64,000 nucleotides of DNA from an uncultured Pseudomonadota bacterium (GCA_963749075.1 CAVVLJ010000016.1:1056001-1120000), one strand, 5' to 3'. Counted from the first letter of the stretch, positions 41,082 to 51,684 are shown. The notes: generated by a model from the sequence alone, not told the origin. Translations and numbers: made by a program.

Positions 41082-42659
41082 ATGCTGGTCCGCAGGCTTG
41101 CGTGCCGGGCTCACGGCATCATCAATGAGGCCTTCCGCGAGCGTCAGCTGTTCTTGCGCGCGGGCGCCGAAGTACGTTTTTTCAAGATCTCGCGCCGCCG
41201 GCAGATGGCGGCGGCGGCACTCGTAGCGGGGCTCGTCGCGTGGTCGCTCTATGCGAGCGTCGTTTATTTCTCGTATGACGCGCGGCTGGCGGCAAGCGAG
41301 GCGCGCTACGCCCACGTCCGCGCGGCCTACGAGCGCGCGGCCGTCGAGCGGGATGCGGCGTCGGCGGCGGCGCGCGAGGCCTATCGCGGCGTTCTCGCGA
41401 CGCTCATGAGCCCCTTCGGCGCGCTCGACGACGCGCGTGCCGAGAGCCGTCAGGAGCTCGCCGCCTTGCGCGGACGCAATGCCAAGCTGGCCTTGGAGAT
41501 GTCCGAGGTCGAGCGCGAGATCGCCGCGGCGCGCGAGGAGCGCGCGCGGCTCACGCGCGCCGACGCGTCGCTCGTCTACCGCGACGACGCGCTGGAAAGC
41601 GAGCTCGCGGGCCTGCGCAACCGGAACAGCGCGCTCGACGGCAACGTCGCGTTGCTCGAGCGCGAGCTCGCGGCAGGGCAGGCGCGCGAGCGCGGCATGG
41701 AATGGGACAATGCGGCCCTCGGCGATGCGCTCGCCAAATCCAAGCGCGACACCGCCGAGGTGCTTGCCAAATCGAAGCGCGACCTCGCCGATGCGCACCA
41801 GCGCAACGACGCGGCGAGCGCCGAGATCGCCGGGCTGCAGGCTAATCTGGCAGGCGTCGCCGCCGAGCGCGACAAGGTGAGCGAGGAGCGCGCCGCACTC
41901 GCGCACCACGTGGACGATCTCGAGCGCCACCTTGCCGCCCTGCAATCGGACCAGAATGCGCTCGTAGCCCGGCTGAGCGAGCGCGCGATCAGCCACAACA
42001 CGGCCGTCGAGCACACCATCGCCATGACCGGTCTCGACGTGGGCAAGCTGATGGCGAAAGTCGAAAGGACGGCGGCGGCGCCGCGCGCCGTCAAGCCCGG
42101 AGCCGGCGGGCCCTTCATCCCGTACCGTCCCGAGCCGGTGCCCTTCGGCAAGGCGAGCCTGCACTCGGGCGAGGTCGAGCTCGTCGTGGCCTCGCTCGAC
42201 CGGCAGGAGGAGCGGCGCGACGGGCTCAACCGCGTCCTCGCGCACCTGCCGCTCGCGAGCCCGATCGATCACTACAGGATCATGAGCGATTTCGGCAAGC
42301 GCATCGACCCCATCAACGGCCGGCTCGCCATGCATGAAGGGGTCGATCTCACCAGCGAGCCGGGCGCCCAGGTCATGGCGACCGCACCCGGCATCGTCAC
42401 CTTTGCCGGCTGGGACGGCAGCTACGGCAAGTTGGTCGAGATCGATCACGGCATGGGCATCCGCACGCGCTACGCGCACCTCAAATCCATCGTCGTGGAG
42501 GTCGGCCAAAGGGTCGCGGCGCGCACGGCGGTCGGCATCATGGGCAGCACCGGCCGCAGTACGGGCACGCACGTGCATTACGAGGTCATGGTCGACGACG
42601 AGCACTACGATCCGATGAACTTCATCAGGGCGGGTGAATATGTTTTCAGCAAGAACTAG
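41082..42659 (+). CDS. M23 peptidase with N-terminal DUF5930-like segment, TM and coiled coil (LmdC-like)
   Basis: FRERQLFLR, TM helix, long heptad region, HEGVD and HVH zinc motifs, YAHL. Confidence 0.88.
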   Translation: MLVRRLACRAHGIINEAFRERQLFLRAGAEVRFFKISRRRQMAAAALVAGLVAWSLYASVVYFSYDARLAASEARYAHVRAAYERAAVERDAASAAAREAYRGVLATLMSPFGALDDARAESRQELAALRGRNAKLALEMSEVEREIAAAREERARLTRADASLVYRDDALESELAGLRNRNSALDGNVALLERELAAGQARERGMEWDNAALGDALAKSKRDTAEVLAKSKRDLADAHQRNDAASAEIAGLQANLAGVAAERDKVSEERAALAHHVDDLERHLAALQSDQNALVARLSERAISHNTAVEHTIAMTGLDVGKLMAKVERTAAAPRAVKPGAGGPFIPYRPEPVPFGKASLHSGEVELVVASLDRQEERRDGLNRVLAHLPLASPIDHYRIMSDFGKRIDPINGRLAMHEGVDLTSEPGAQVMATAPGIVTFAGWDGSYGKLVEIDHGMGIRTRYAHLKSIVVEVGQRVAARTAVGIMGSTGRSTGTHVHYEVMVDDEHYDPMNFIRAGEYVFSKN

Positions 42660-43125
42660 CGACAAGCCGGCGCCTCTCACTGAGGTGCCGCGCAGCCATC
42701 CCAAGGCGGCCGTGCCCTCGATCATCAGCAAGCAGCTGGTGGTGCACGGCAACCTCACGACCGACGGCGACATCCAGGTCGACGGCACGATCGAGGGCGA
42801 CATCAAGACGAGCGTGCTGACGATCGGCGAGGGCGGCACGGTCAAGGGCGCCGTCGTCGCCGACACCGTGACGGTCTCGGGCACCGTCGACGGCCAGATC
42901 CGCGCCAAGGCGGTGACGCTGTCGCGCACCGCGCGCATGCAGGGCGACATCTGGCACGAGAGCCTGGCGATCGAGGCGGGGGCGCGCTTCGAGGGCAGCT
43001 GCAAGCACCTGAGCACGGCCACCCAGGCCGAGGGCGAGGTGGCGAGCTGGGCCATGGCGCGCCGTGCCGGCGCGGTCAGCCCGGCGGCCGTCGAGACGGC
43101 GGTGCCGCAGGCCGCCGAGAGCTGA
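42640..43125 (+). CDS. bactofilin (polymer-forming cytoskeletal protein)
   Basis: MFS start, PSIIS, GDIQVDGTIEGDI, LAIEAGARFEG; overlaps the M23 gene. Confidence 0.92.
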   Translation: MFSARTSDKPAPLTEVPRSHPKAAVPSIISKQLVVHGNLTTDGDIQVDGTIEGDIKTSVLTIGEGGTVKGAVVADTVTVSGTVDGQIRAKAVTLSRTARMQGDIWHESLAIEAGARFEGSCKHLSTATQAEGEVASWAMARRAGAVSPAAVETAVPQAAES

Positions 43126-43138
43126 GCGCCTTCGCGGG

Positions 43139-43993
43139 CTAGAGGTCGGCGAGGAAGGCGGCGAGCGCCGCGCGCGCGGCCGGCTCCTCGAGCGACGGCG
43201 TGTGGCCGACGCCGGGCACGCTCGCGCGCCTGAGGTCCGGCTTCTCCTCGGCCATGCGCTCGAAGGTGGCGCTCGTCAGCACGTCGGAGAGCGCGCCGCG
43301 CACGGCCAAAACCGGGATGCGGGCGAGCGAGCGGAAGAGCGGCCAGAGCGGCCGCACGGCGCCCCTCGTTCGCACGAGCGGCTTGACGATGGCCGGGTCC
43401 CAGTCGAAATGGAGCAGCCCGTCGCCGCCCGCCCGGTAGGTGCCCTCGGCCGCGCGCCGCCAATCCTCGTCGCTCGTCAAGCCGAGCGCCGGGAACATCG
43501 ACTTGATGTGGCGGACGGCACTGTCCCAGTCGGGCTGCGGCCGGTCGGTGCCGACGTACTTGAGGATGCGGGCAAGGCCGCCGGTGGCGATCTCCGGTCC
43601 CACGTCGTTGAGCACGACGCCGGCAAGGGCCGTCGGCAGAAGCGCTCCGAGCGCCATGGCGAGCACGCCGCCGAGCGAGGTGCCGACCGCGACCACTTTG
43701 TGGACATTGGCGGCGGCAAGCAGATGGCGCACGTCGTTGAGGTAGGTCTCCGGCCGGTAGTTGCGCCAATCGGGGTCGTATTGCGAGCGTCCGCGGCCGC
43801 GGTAATCGAGACAGAGTACGCGGCGCGTGGCGGCTTCGCGTGCTGCCAGGCGGGCAAAGTCCTTGGCGTTGCGCGTGAGGCCGGTGAGGCAGAGGAGCGG
43901 CGTCCTTGCCGCCCCCGGATCGCCGTAGTCGCGATAAGCGAGCTCGAGATCGTCCTCCGAGCGGTAGCTGCGCTCGCGATACAATTGCGGCAC
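43139..43993 (-). CDS. alpha/beta hydrolase
   Basis: GLTRNAKDF, DYRGRGRS, GTSLGG, GVGHTP. Confidence 0.88.
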   Translation of the reverse strand: MPQLYRERSYRSEDDLELAYRDYGDPGAARTPLLCLTGLTRNAKDFARLAAREAATRRVLCLDYRGRGRSQYDPDWRNYRPETYLNDVRHLLAAANVHKVVAVGTSLGGVLAMALGALLPTALAGVVLNDVGPEIATGGLARILKYVGTDRPQPDWDSAVRHIKSMFPALGLTSDEDWRRAAEGTYRAGGDGLLHFDWDPAIVKPLVRTRGAVRPLWPLFRSLARIPVLAVRGALSDVLTSATFERMAEEKPDLRRASVPGVGHTPSLEEPAARAALAAFLADL

Positions 43994-44009
43994 GGCCGCG
44001 GCCCGGCGC

Positions 44010-44696
44010 TCAGAAGCCGAGGAGAGCCGGCAGCTCGGCGAGCGAGCGCACCTCGGCGTCGGGCCGGCCCGGCAGCCGCTCGCGGCGCTGGCCGTAGCGG
44101 TTGCACCACACCACCTTGCAGCCGAAAGCGCTCGCCGCATGGGCGTCCCAGGCGTTCGAGGACAGGAAGACGATGGCGCCCGCCGGCACGCCGAGGCGGT
44201 CGACGGCGAGCTGATAGACCTTGGGGTGCGGCTTGAAGACGCCGGCCTCCTCGACCGAGAGCACGGCATCGAGGAGCTCGCCGAGCCCGGCTCCCTCGAC
44301 CGCGGCCGCAAGCATGCTTGGCGAGCCGTTGGAGAGGATGGCCGTGGTCAGGCCAGCCGCCTTGAGCTGGCGGAGGAGCGCCGGCACCTCGGGGAAGCAG
44401 TCGAGCGTGAGGTAGCAGTCCATCAGGCGCTCCTTGAGCGCCGCATCGGCGATGCCGAGGGTCTCGAGCGAATAGTCGAGCGCCTCCGAGGTGACCTGCC
44501 AGAAATCGGCATGGCGGCCCATGAGGGCCCGGAGCCAGGTGTATTGCAGTTGCTTGTCGCGCCACAGCGGAGAGAGCTGGTTGGCCTTGCCGCGGAGCGC
44601 CGCGCGGCAGCGCGCCGCCGCCGAATTGAAATCGAACACCGTGCCGTAGGCGTCGAACACGGCGGCCCGGATGCCCGCAAGCTTTGCCGTCGTCAT
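44010..44696 (-). CDS. haloacid dehalogenase type II
   Basis: FDAYGTVFD, WRDKQLQY, LSNG, FKPHPKVY, SSNAWD. Confidence 0.92.
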   Translation of the reverse strand: MTTAKLAGIRAAVFDAYGTVFDFNSAAARCRAALRGKANQLSPLWRDKQLQYTWLRALMGRHADFWQVTSEALDYSLETLGIADAALKERLMDCYLTLDCFPEVPALLRQLKAAGLTTAILSNGSPSMLAAAVEGAGLGELLDAVLSVEEAGVFKPHPKVYQLAVDRLGVPAGAIVFLSSNAWDAHAASAFGCKVVWCNRYGQRRERLPGRPDAEVRSLAELPALLGF

Positions 44697-44700
44697 GGCA

Positions 44701-46671
44701 TCAATCCGCCGGCACGCCCAGGTCCTTGGCAAGGCGGAGGCTGAGGCGCGTGCCGGCCAGGCGCTCGCGGTAGACGTGGAGCGCCTCGACGACGCGCTGC
44801 ACGTAGTTGCGCGTCTCCTCGAAGGGGATCATCTCGATCCAGTCGATGACGTTGACCTGCGGCGCGCGCGGGTCGCCGTTCTCGCGGAGCCATTCGTGCA
44901 CGCGCGCCTCGCCGGCGTTGTAGGCGGCGAGCGCCAGCACGTAATTGCCGCCGAAACCGTCGAGCAGCTTGGCGAGGATGGTGCAGCCGAGACGGACGTT
45001 GTACTCGGGGTCGTCGGTGAGGCGGCTCACGGCATAGCGCAGGCCCATCCCACCGGCCGTCTTGCGCGCCGTCCCGGGCATGACCTGCATGAGGCCGAGG
45101 GCGCCCGCCTGGCTTATGGCGCGCGGGTCGAAGCCGCTCTCCTGGCGGATCACCGAGAGCACCAGGGCGCGCTCGGTGCCGGCCGAATCGGCGAGCTGCA
45201 GCACCGGATAGCCGTGCACCGTGAGCGGCATCTCGCCGTGCCAGGTCTGGCGCGCCATGCGCACGGCGAGGTCCGGGCGCTGCTCGGCGATGGCGAGGGA
45301 GGCCACGAGCTCGGCCTCCTCGGGTGCCGTGGCGAGGATCGCCAGGCGCTTGAGGAAGACCTCCTTGAGGTCGTCCTCGCCGACCTCGCCGAGCTCCTTC
45401 ACCACGCGCACCAGCTCCTTGCCGTTGAAGGCGCTACGCGCGGCAGCCGAGGGCTGCGGCGGCGGGGGAAGCGTCGGCCGCGAGGCGGGGTCGAGGCGGA
45501 GGGCGGCGAGCTGGCCGTAGTAGGTCGTGCTGAAATTCGCCGCCGCGACGTAGGCCCGCCGGGCCTCGCTGCTCTTGCCCATGGCCTCGAGCGCGCGGCC
45601 CGTCCAATAATCGGCTCGCGCGCGGCTGATGGGATACTGCACGGTCGCGGCCATCTTGCGGAAATGGGCCAGCGCCGTTGCCGGATCCTTGAGCAGCCTG
45701 AGTGCTATGAAGCCCGCGGTCCATTCGCCGCTGGCGAAGCCGCGCGAGCCGGGGTCCTGGCCGTGCTGCTCGGCCATGCGCTGGGCCTCGGAGTAATAGC
45801 CCTCGAGAAAGGCGCGGTGGATCTCGATCGAGCGTTCGCGCCACCACAGATCGGGCCGTACGAGGTCGGAGGGCGGATGCATGAGGATCGCGCGCGCCTC
45901 GTCGTCGCGGTCCTTGCGCACGCGCCAGCGCAGGCGGTCGAAGATCAGGCCGGGATCGTTCTGCAGCGCCGCCGGCACGCGCCTCAAGGCGTATTCGGCA
46001 CCCGGGTCCATGGCCTGGAGCTTGAGCCGCGCCTCCGCGAGAAGGGCGCGGTCCTTGCCCACGCGGTTCAGCATGTCGCGTGCCGCGCGCGTCTGGCCGT
46101 CCCACAGCAGGCGGTCGAGTCGCGCCACATGGTCCGACTGGCGGATCAGATCGTGATGCTTGAACATCAGGATCTGCTCCTGGCGGTCACCCATATTGTC
46201 TTCGACCCAGACCTTGCGCAGGAGCTCGGTGCCGCGCTGCTCCTCGCCCGTTGCCAGAAGCCCTTCGGCATAGCGGATGCGGCCGGTCGCCGAGACGGGC
46301 GGATTGGCCTCGAACCATTCGCGCAAGGATGACGGCGACTGGTCGTCGGGAATCGCCTCCTCGGCGCGCTCGTGCAGGCTCTCCTGCTTCGGCCAGTCGG
46401 GGTTGTCCTTGATGAAGGCGGCGATCTCGCCGAAGCTGGCGCCGCTGCCGGCCCGCACGAGGTAGAGCCACTCGACCGCTTTGGCGAGAAGCCCGTCCTT
46501 GGCCTCAAGGGCGAGCTCGCCCGCCGCGCTGTAGTGGCCGGCCTCAGCCGCCGTGAAGGCAGCGCGGTAGATCTCGAGGTCGCGACCCGAAAGCGCCGCC
46601 GCATGCGCCGGCGCTGCCGCCGGCAGGATCAGGCAGAGTGCGATGAGGCACGCCAGCAGACTTCCCCTCAC
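44701..46671 (-). CDS. slt: soluble lytic transglycosylase (Slt70-like)
   Basis: IRQESGF, GALGLMQVMP, AYNAG, IPFEETRNYV; divergent from dapA. Confidence 0.9.
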   Translation of the reverse strand: MRGSLLACLIALCLILPAAAPAHAAALSGRDLEIYRAAFTAAEAGHYSAAGELALEAKDGLLAKAVEWLYLVRAGSGASFGEIAAFIKDNPDWPKQESLHERAEEAIPDDQSPSSLREWFEANPPVSATGRIRYAEGLLATGEEQRGTELLRKVWVEDNMGDRQEQILMFKHHDLIRQSDHVARLDRLLWDGQTRAARDMLNRVGKDRALLAEARLKLQAMDPGAEYALRRVPAALQNDPGLIFDRLRWRVRKDRDDEARAILMHPPSDLVRPDLWWRERSIEIHRAFLEGYYSEAQRMAEQHGQDPGSRGFASGEWTAGFIALRLLKDPATALAHFRKMAATVQYPISRARADYWTGRALEAMGKSSEARRAYVAAANFSTTYYGQLAALRLDPASRPTLPPPPQPSAAARSAFNGKELVRVVKELGEVGEDDLKEVFLKRLAILATAPEEAELVASLAIAEQRPDLAVRMARQTWHGEMPLTVHGYPVLQLADSAGTERALVLSVIRQESGFDPRAISQAGALGLMQVMPGTARKTAGGMGLRYAVSRLTDDPEYNVRLGCTILAKLLDGFGGNYVLALAAYNAGEARVHEWLRENGDPRAPQVNVIDWIEMIPFEETRNYVQRVVEALHVYRERLAGTRLSLRLAKDLGVPAD

Positions 46672-46867
46672 GGCCTCCCCTTTCTCCCCTCGGGACGCGG
46701 CGGCGGGCATGCGCGCGCCGCTGCTGTGGATATTATTCGCAAGCCCGGCTCTCGCCAAGCGTTGATGTGAGGAATGCGGCGGGATACCACCGCTCGCGGT
46801 GCTTGCCCGCGGCTCTGCCCGGGACTATCGTCGCGGGCGAGAGGAAGCCCCGGCAAGGACAGATGCC

Positions 46868-47767
46868 ATGTTCAAGGGATGCTTGACCGCGCTCATCACG
46901 CCGTTCCGCGACGGAGCGGTCGATGCCAAGGCCTTCCAGCCGCTCGTCGAGTGGCAGATCAAGGAGGGCATCAACGGCCTGGTGCCCTGCGGGACGACCG
47001 GCGAGTCGCCCACCTTGAGCCATGACGAGCACGCGCGCGTGACCGAGCTTTGCGTGGAGGCGGCGAAGGGCCGCGTCCCCGTCATCGCCGGCACCGGCTC
47101 CAACTCGACCGCGGAGGCGATCGCCTTCGCCAAGCATGCCGAGAAGGCAGGCGCCGACGCCCAGCTCGTCGTCACCCCCTATTACAACAAGCCGACCCAG
47201 GAAGGGCTCTACCGCCACTACAAGGCCATCCACGACTCGTGCGGCCTGCCGATCGTCATCTACAACATCCCGCCGCGCTCGGTCGTCGACATGACGGTGG
47301 AGACCATGGCGCGCCTCGCCAAGCTGCCGCGCATCATCGGCGTCAAGGACGCCACCAACGATTTGACGCGCGCCGTGCGCACCAAGCTCGCCATCGGGCC
47401 CAAGTTCGCGCTCCTCTCGGGCGAGGACGGCACGGCGCTCGCCTTCCGCGCCGCGAGCGGGCACGGCTGCATCTCGGTCACCTCGAACGTCGCTCCCGCC
47501 CTGTGCTCGGGCATGCACGCCGCCTGGCAGAAGGGCGACGTGGCGCGCGCCCAGGAGCTCAACGAGAGCCTGATGCCGCTTCATCTCGCACTCTTCGCCG
47601 AGACGAGCCCGGCGCCGGTCAAGTACGCGGCGAGCCTCTTGGGCCTCTCGACCGCCGACGTGCGGCTGCCGCTCTGCGAGATTCAGGACGCGACCAAGGC
47701 GCGGGTGCGCGACGCCATGACCAGGCTCGGCCTCCTCAAGGGCGGGGTGCTGAGCGCCGCCGAGTGA
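46868..47767 (+). CDS. dapA: 4-hydroxy-tetrahydrodipicolinate synthase
   Basis: GTTGES, PYYNKP, YNIP, GVKDA. Confidence 0.96.
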   Translation: MFKGCLTALITPFRDGAVDAKAFQPLVEWQIKEGINGLVPCGTTGESPTLSHDEHARVTELCVEAAKGRVPVIAGTGSNSTAEAIAFAKHAEKAGADAQLVVTPYYNKPTQEGLYRHYKAIHDSCGLPIVIYNIPPRSVVDMTVETMARLAKLPRIIGVKDATNDLTRAVRTKLAIGPKFALLSGEDGTALAFRAASGHGCISVTSNVAPALCSGMHAAWQKGDVARAQELNESLMPLHLALFAETSPAPVKYAASLLGLSTADVRLPLCEIQDATKARVRDAMTRLGLLKGGVLSAAE

Positions 47768-48222
47768 CGCCGCCCCGCACCGTCGCCCAGAACCGCCGCG
47801 CGCGCCACGATTACACGATCGAGGAGACGCTCGAGGCGGGCATCGTGCTTGCCGGCAGCGAGGTCAAGGCGCTGCGCGAGGGGCGCGGCAACCTGAACGA
47901 CGCCTACGCGCACCCCGCCGAGGGGGCGCTCTGGCTCTACAACGCCTATATCCCCGAGTACCGCGCCGCCAACCGCTTCAACCACGAGACGCGGCGGCCG
48001 CGCAAGCTCCTCCTCCACCAGCGCCAGATCGAGCGGCTCGCCGGGCTCGTGCAGCGCGAGGGGGCGACGCTGATCCCGCTCTCCGTCTATTTCAACGAGC
48101 GCGGCATCGCCAAGGTGCAGCTCGGCCTGGCGCACGGCAAGCGCAAGGCGGACAAGCGCGCGAGCGAGAAGGAGCGCGACTGGAAGCGCGACAAGGCGCG
48201 CCTGCTGCGCGCCAAGGGCTGA
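47764..48222 (+). CDS. smpB: SsrA-binding protein
   Basis: [29 protein letters not shown]. Confidence 0.96.
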   Translation: MTPPRTVAQNRRARHDYTIEETLEAGIVLAGSEVKALREGRGNLNDAYAHPAEGALWLYNAYIPEYRAANRFNHETRRPRKLLLHQRQIERLAGLVQREGATLIPLSVYFNERGIAKVQLGLAHGKRKADKRASEKERDWKRDKARLLRAKG

Positions 48223-48231
48223 GCGCTGCCG

Positions 48232-48888
48232 TCAGCCGCCGCCGGCGGTCTCCGCGGCGGGAGCGGCGAGGGCACGGAGGAGCCGCTCCGGCGCCTCGCC
48301 CGCCTCGAAGCGCTGCACGAGCTCCTCGAAGTCGAACAGCACGCCGATCGGATTGTCGTTGAAGGCTCGCCCGGCGAGCCAGTCATTCAGCGTCTGCTTG
48401 TCGGGAAAGGCGTCGACTTGCAGCTCCACCCGGTTGTCGTCGGGGTCGAGATAGTAGTTCGACACCGTGATGCCGTGATGGATCGTGCGCACGGGAAGGA
48501 TGCCCTCCCGCTCGAGCCGCTTGTAGGTGGAGACGAGATCGGCGAGCGAGGCGTAGCTGAAGGCGATGTGATGGACGCCGGCCACGGCCGCGTCCTTCGC
48601 CTTCGGCCGCACCGCATCGCGCTTGAGGATGGCGACCCGGTGGTGCTCGTCGTCGAAGGTGATGAACTCGAGCGCATCGGAGGAGAACGTCGGCGCACCT
48701 GCAAGCACGGTGCGCCACCAGGCGCTCATCTCCGCGATCCTGTCCGTCTGGAACACCACGTGCGCGAGATAGGCGGGCCGCACCGTCTCCGTGGCCGGGT
48801 CCGGCACGCGCGCCGTCGCGGTCTCCTCGAGACCGGAGCAGAACTTGAGCTCCGCCGCGGCGAGGCGGGCGGATGCAAAGCCGGTCAT
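48232..48888 (-). CDS. VOC/glyoxalase-family protein (extradiol dioxygenase-like)
   Basis: LAHVVF, FDDEHHRVA, HHIAF, HGITVSNYYLDPDDNRVELQVD. Confidence 0.85.
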   Translation of the reverse strand: MTGFASARLAAAELKFCSGLEETATARVPDPATETVRPAYLAHVVFQTDRIAEMSAWWRTVLAGAPTFSSDALEFITFDDEHHRVAILKRDAVRPKAKDAAVAGVHHIAFSYASLADLVSTYKRLEREGILPVRTIHHGITVSNYYLDPDDNRVELQVDAFPDKQTLNDWLAGRAFNDNPIGVLFDFEELVQRFEAGEAPERLLRALAAPAAETAGGG

Positions 48889-48964
48889 GTGCTGTCCCTC
48901 CGAGGCGTTTCTCGTCTGGAAAGGATGGCATCCTTGTCGCCATCACCGCAAGGGGCCGAACTCG

Positions 48965-49112
48965 CTCCTCTCCTCCTTTAGGAGGAGAGGAAGGGGCCCG
49001 TCGCGGGAGCGACGGGAAGGTGAGGAGGCTGCGGTCGCCCGCCTCGTCCGCCGCCGGCGCGCCTTGAAAAGACCTCCTCACCCCAACCCTCTCCTCCTAA
49101 AGGAGGAGAGGG
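48965..49112. repeat. REP/RIME-like palindrome pair
   Basis: Two inverted copies of CCTCTCCTCC-TTTA/TAAA-GGAGGAGAGG with GGTGAGG/CCTCACC arms. Confidence 0.8.
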
Positions 49113-49115
49113 AGC

Positions 49116-49757
49116 TCAGGCGGCGGCCGTGGCGAGATAGGCCGCGATGCGGGCGAAGACGGCCGCGAACATGCCGGCGGTGAGGCGGCCGGTGTTGGTG
49201 TTGAGGCGCGAGCAGTGATAGCTGTCGAAGAGGCGGATGCGCTTCGTGAGCGCATGCTCGGCGCCGTGAGCGAAGGGGAAGCCGCCCGCCTTGAGCCCGC
49301 AGCTCGCGACGACGGCGGCGTGCGCGATGCCGCCGAGTGCGAGGATGGCGCGGAGGCGGGGAAGGCCAGCGATCTCCGCGGCGAGGAAGCCGCGGCAGGC
49401 GGCGACCTCGGCGGGCAGAGGCCGGTTGGCCGGCGGCACGCAGCGCACCGCATTGCTGATGCGCGCGGCTCTCAGCCGCAAGCCGTCATGGGGGTCGGCG
49501 CCGTAGCGACCCGCGGCGAAGCCGAACTTGAGAAGCGTGCCGTAGAGGAGCTCGCCCGCGTAGTCGCCGGTGAAGGGACGGCCGGTGCGGTTGGCGCCCT
49601 TGAGTCCAGGCGCCAAGCCGACGAGGAGGAGGCGCGCATGCGTGCCGCCGAAGGAGGGCACGGGCGCGTTGTAGAAGTCCGGGAAGCGCTCGCGGTTGTC
49701 GCGCCGGAAGGCAGCTAAGCGCGGACAGAGCGGGCAGTCGCGCTGCGGCTCGCGCAT
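49116..49757 (-). CDS. uracil-DNA glycosylase family 5 (Fe-S)
   Basis: CPLCPRL, GLAPG, NRTGRPFTGD, NAVRCVPP, YHCS. Confidence 0.9.
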   Translation of the reverse strand: MREPQRDCPLCPRLAAFRRDNRERFPDFYNAPVPSFGGTHARLLLVGLAPGLKGANRTGRPFTGDYAGELLYGTLLKFGFAAGRYGADPHDGLRLRAARISNAVRCVPPANRPLPAEVAACRGFLAAEIAGLPRLRAILALGGIAHAAVVASCGLKAGGFPFAHGAEHALTKRIRLFDSYHCSRLNTNTGRLTAGMFAAVFARIAAYLATAAA

Positions 49758-49780
49758 GCGGCCTGCCTCGCGCGGGCGCT

Positions 49781-50389
49781 TCAGTCGTCGTCGGTGCCGA
49801 AGGCGTCGTCGCGCTCCTCCACCACGGTGCGCCGGTTGTTCTCCGGCGCCTCGCGGTGGTGATGGGTGCGCTGGATCTGCGGCGCCAGATCGAGGAGCTC
49901 GATGAAGGTGTCGGCCTGGCGGCGCAGCTCGTCGGCCACCATGGGCGGCTGCGAGCGGATGGTGCTCACCACCGAGACGCGCACGCCCTTGCGCTGGACG
50001 GCCTCCACCAGGCGGCGGAAGTCGCCGTCGCCGGAGAAGAGCACGATGTGGTCGAGCCGCTCCGCCATCTCCATCACGTCGATGGCGAGCTCGATGTCCA
50101 TGTTGCCCTTGATCTTGCGGCGGCCCATGGCGTCGGTGAATTCCTTGGTCGGCTTGGTCACCATGGTGTAGCCGTTGTAGTCGAGCCAGTCGACAAGCGG
50201 GCGGATGGGCGAGTACTCCTGGTCGTCGACGAGGGCGGTATAGTAGAAGGCGCGCACGAGGTTGCCCTTGCCCTGGAAGAGCTCGAGGAGCCGCTTGTAG
50301 TCGATATCGAAGCCGAGAGCCCGGGCCGCCGCGTAGAGGTTGGAGCCGTCGATGAAGAGCGCCAGGCGCTCGTTGGGATAGAAATGCAT
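49781..50389 (-). CDS. NYN/LabA-like PIN domain protein
   Basis: FIDGSNL, KGNMDIEL, SGDGDF, ELRRQAD. Confidence 0.92.
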   Translation of the reverse strand: MHFYPNERLALFIDGSNLYAAARALGFDIDYKRLLELFQGKGNLVRAFYYTALVDDQEYSPIRPLVDWLDYNGYTMVTKPTKEFTDAMGRRKIKGNMDIELAIDVMEMAERLDHIVLFSGDGDFRRLVEAVQRKGVRVSVVSTIRSQPPMVADELRRQADTFIELLDLAPQIQRTHHHREAPENNRRTVVEERDDAFGTDDD

Positions 50390-50536
50390 TTTCCAATACC
50401 CTAGCCGTAATCGCCAAGAACCACTAGAAACAACCGTCGCAACCGGGAACAGCACGCGGTCGCCGTCTAGCAAGTCGCTAGTTACGTAATGATCAAATCG
50501 CGCGCTGGCAAGTGCAAAACGAAGATCTGTGCCGCC

Positions 50537-51031
50537 ATGATTCTCGTGGCCCTCGGCGCCAACTTGCCAAGCCCGCGCTTCGGCGGCCCCCGCGACACGC
50601 TGGAGGCGGCGCTCGAGGCCTTGGCCGAGCGCGGCATCCGCGTCGTGCGCCGCTCGCGCTGGTACCGCTCGCACCCGGTGCCGGCCTCGGACCAGCCGGA
50701 CTACGTGAACGGCGTCGTGGCCGTCGAGACGGAGCTCGAGCCTTCGGCGCTGCTTGCCGAGCTTCACCGCATCGAGGCCGCATTCGGCCGCGTCCGCAGG
50801 GAGCCCAATGCCGCACGCCTGCTCGATCTCGACCTCCTCGCCTATCACGGCCGCGTGAGCGACGGCAGCGACGGCGGCCCCGTGCTGCCTCACCCGCGCA
50901 TGAGGGCCCGCGCCTTCGTCCTCAAGCCGCTCGCCGAGGTGGCGCCGGCCTGGCGCCATCCGGCAACGGGCGAGCCACTGGGGGAGCTGCTTGCCGCGTT
51001 GCCGGAAGAGAGCCCCGCCGAGCCTCTCTAG
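50537..51031 (+). CDS. folK: 2-amino-4-hydroxy-6-hydroxymethyldihydropteridine diphosphokinase
   Basis: ALGANL, QPDYVN, RLLDLDLL, LPHPRM..RAFVL. Confidence 0.94.
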   Translation: MILVALGANLPSPRFGGPRDTLEAALEALAERGIRVVRRSRWYRSHPVPASDQPDYVNGVVAVETELEPSALLAELHRIEAAFGRVRREPNAARLLDLDLLAYHGRVSDGSDGGPVLPHPRMRARAFVLKPLAEVAPAWRHPATGEPLGELLAALPEESPAEPL

Positions 51032-51155
51032 CCGATCGCGGCCGCTCGGCCTAAGGTGCGGGAATCCCTGATATTCCCAGGCATCGCCCTTGCTTTGGCC
51101 GGGCGCAACCCATATATTGACCGGCCGCTTTCGCTGAAATTCGAGGTGATTCGAG

Positions 51156-51578
51156 ATGGCTCGCGTAACCGTGGAAGATTGCGTCGTCAAAGTTCCCAAC
51201 CGCTTCGAGCTGGTCATGCTCGCCGCACATCGCGCGCGCGATCTCGCGGCGGGCGCCACGCTCACCGTCGATCGCGACAACGACAAGAACCCGGTCGTGG
51301 CGCTGCGCGAGATCGCCGACGAGACGGTGGGGATCGACCACCTGCGCGAGGGCGTGGTCAAGGGCATGCAGAAGCTGGTCGAGCCCGACGAGCCCGAGGA
51401 AGAGGAGATGGACGCGCTGGCGGCCCAGCAGCTTGCGGCGGCAGGCGGCGAGCTCGCCGCTGCCGTGGCGGAGGATGCCGAGGGCGAGGAGGACGACGAG
51501 CTCTCGGCCGAAGGCGACGACCTCGAGGAGGACTCCGGGGCGGAAGCCGCAGAGGAGTTCCCGCAGGACGCGGGGTGA
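51156..51578 (+). CDS. rpoZ: RNA polymerase omega subunit
   Basis: [27 protein letters not shown]. Confidence 0.97.
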   Translation: MARVTVEDCVVKVPNRFELVMLAAHRARDLAAGATLTVDRDNDKNPVVALREIADETVGIDHLREGVVKGMQKLVEPDEPEEEEMDALAAQQLAAAGGELAAAVAEDAEGEEDDELSAEGDDLEEDSGAEAAEEFPQDAG

Positions 51579-51684
51579 TCGCGCGGAACGCGAGCGCGCT
51601 GCGGCGGCGCCCGCGGCAGCGCCCCTGTTCCGGTATCCTCGAGGGTAGCGATTGCGCGGCGCCCGGCCGGGGAGGTTGGCCGCC

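Noticed and set aside
47764-48231. tmRNA or tRNA integration site near smpB
   Set aside because: Only 9 bp separate smpB from the next gene, and no tRNA-like sequence was recognised anywhere in the window.
51380-51578. Highly acidic RpoZ C-terminal tail
   Set aside because: Acidic extensions are usual for alphaproteobacterial omega subunits.
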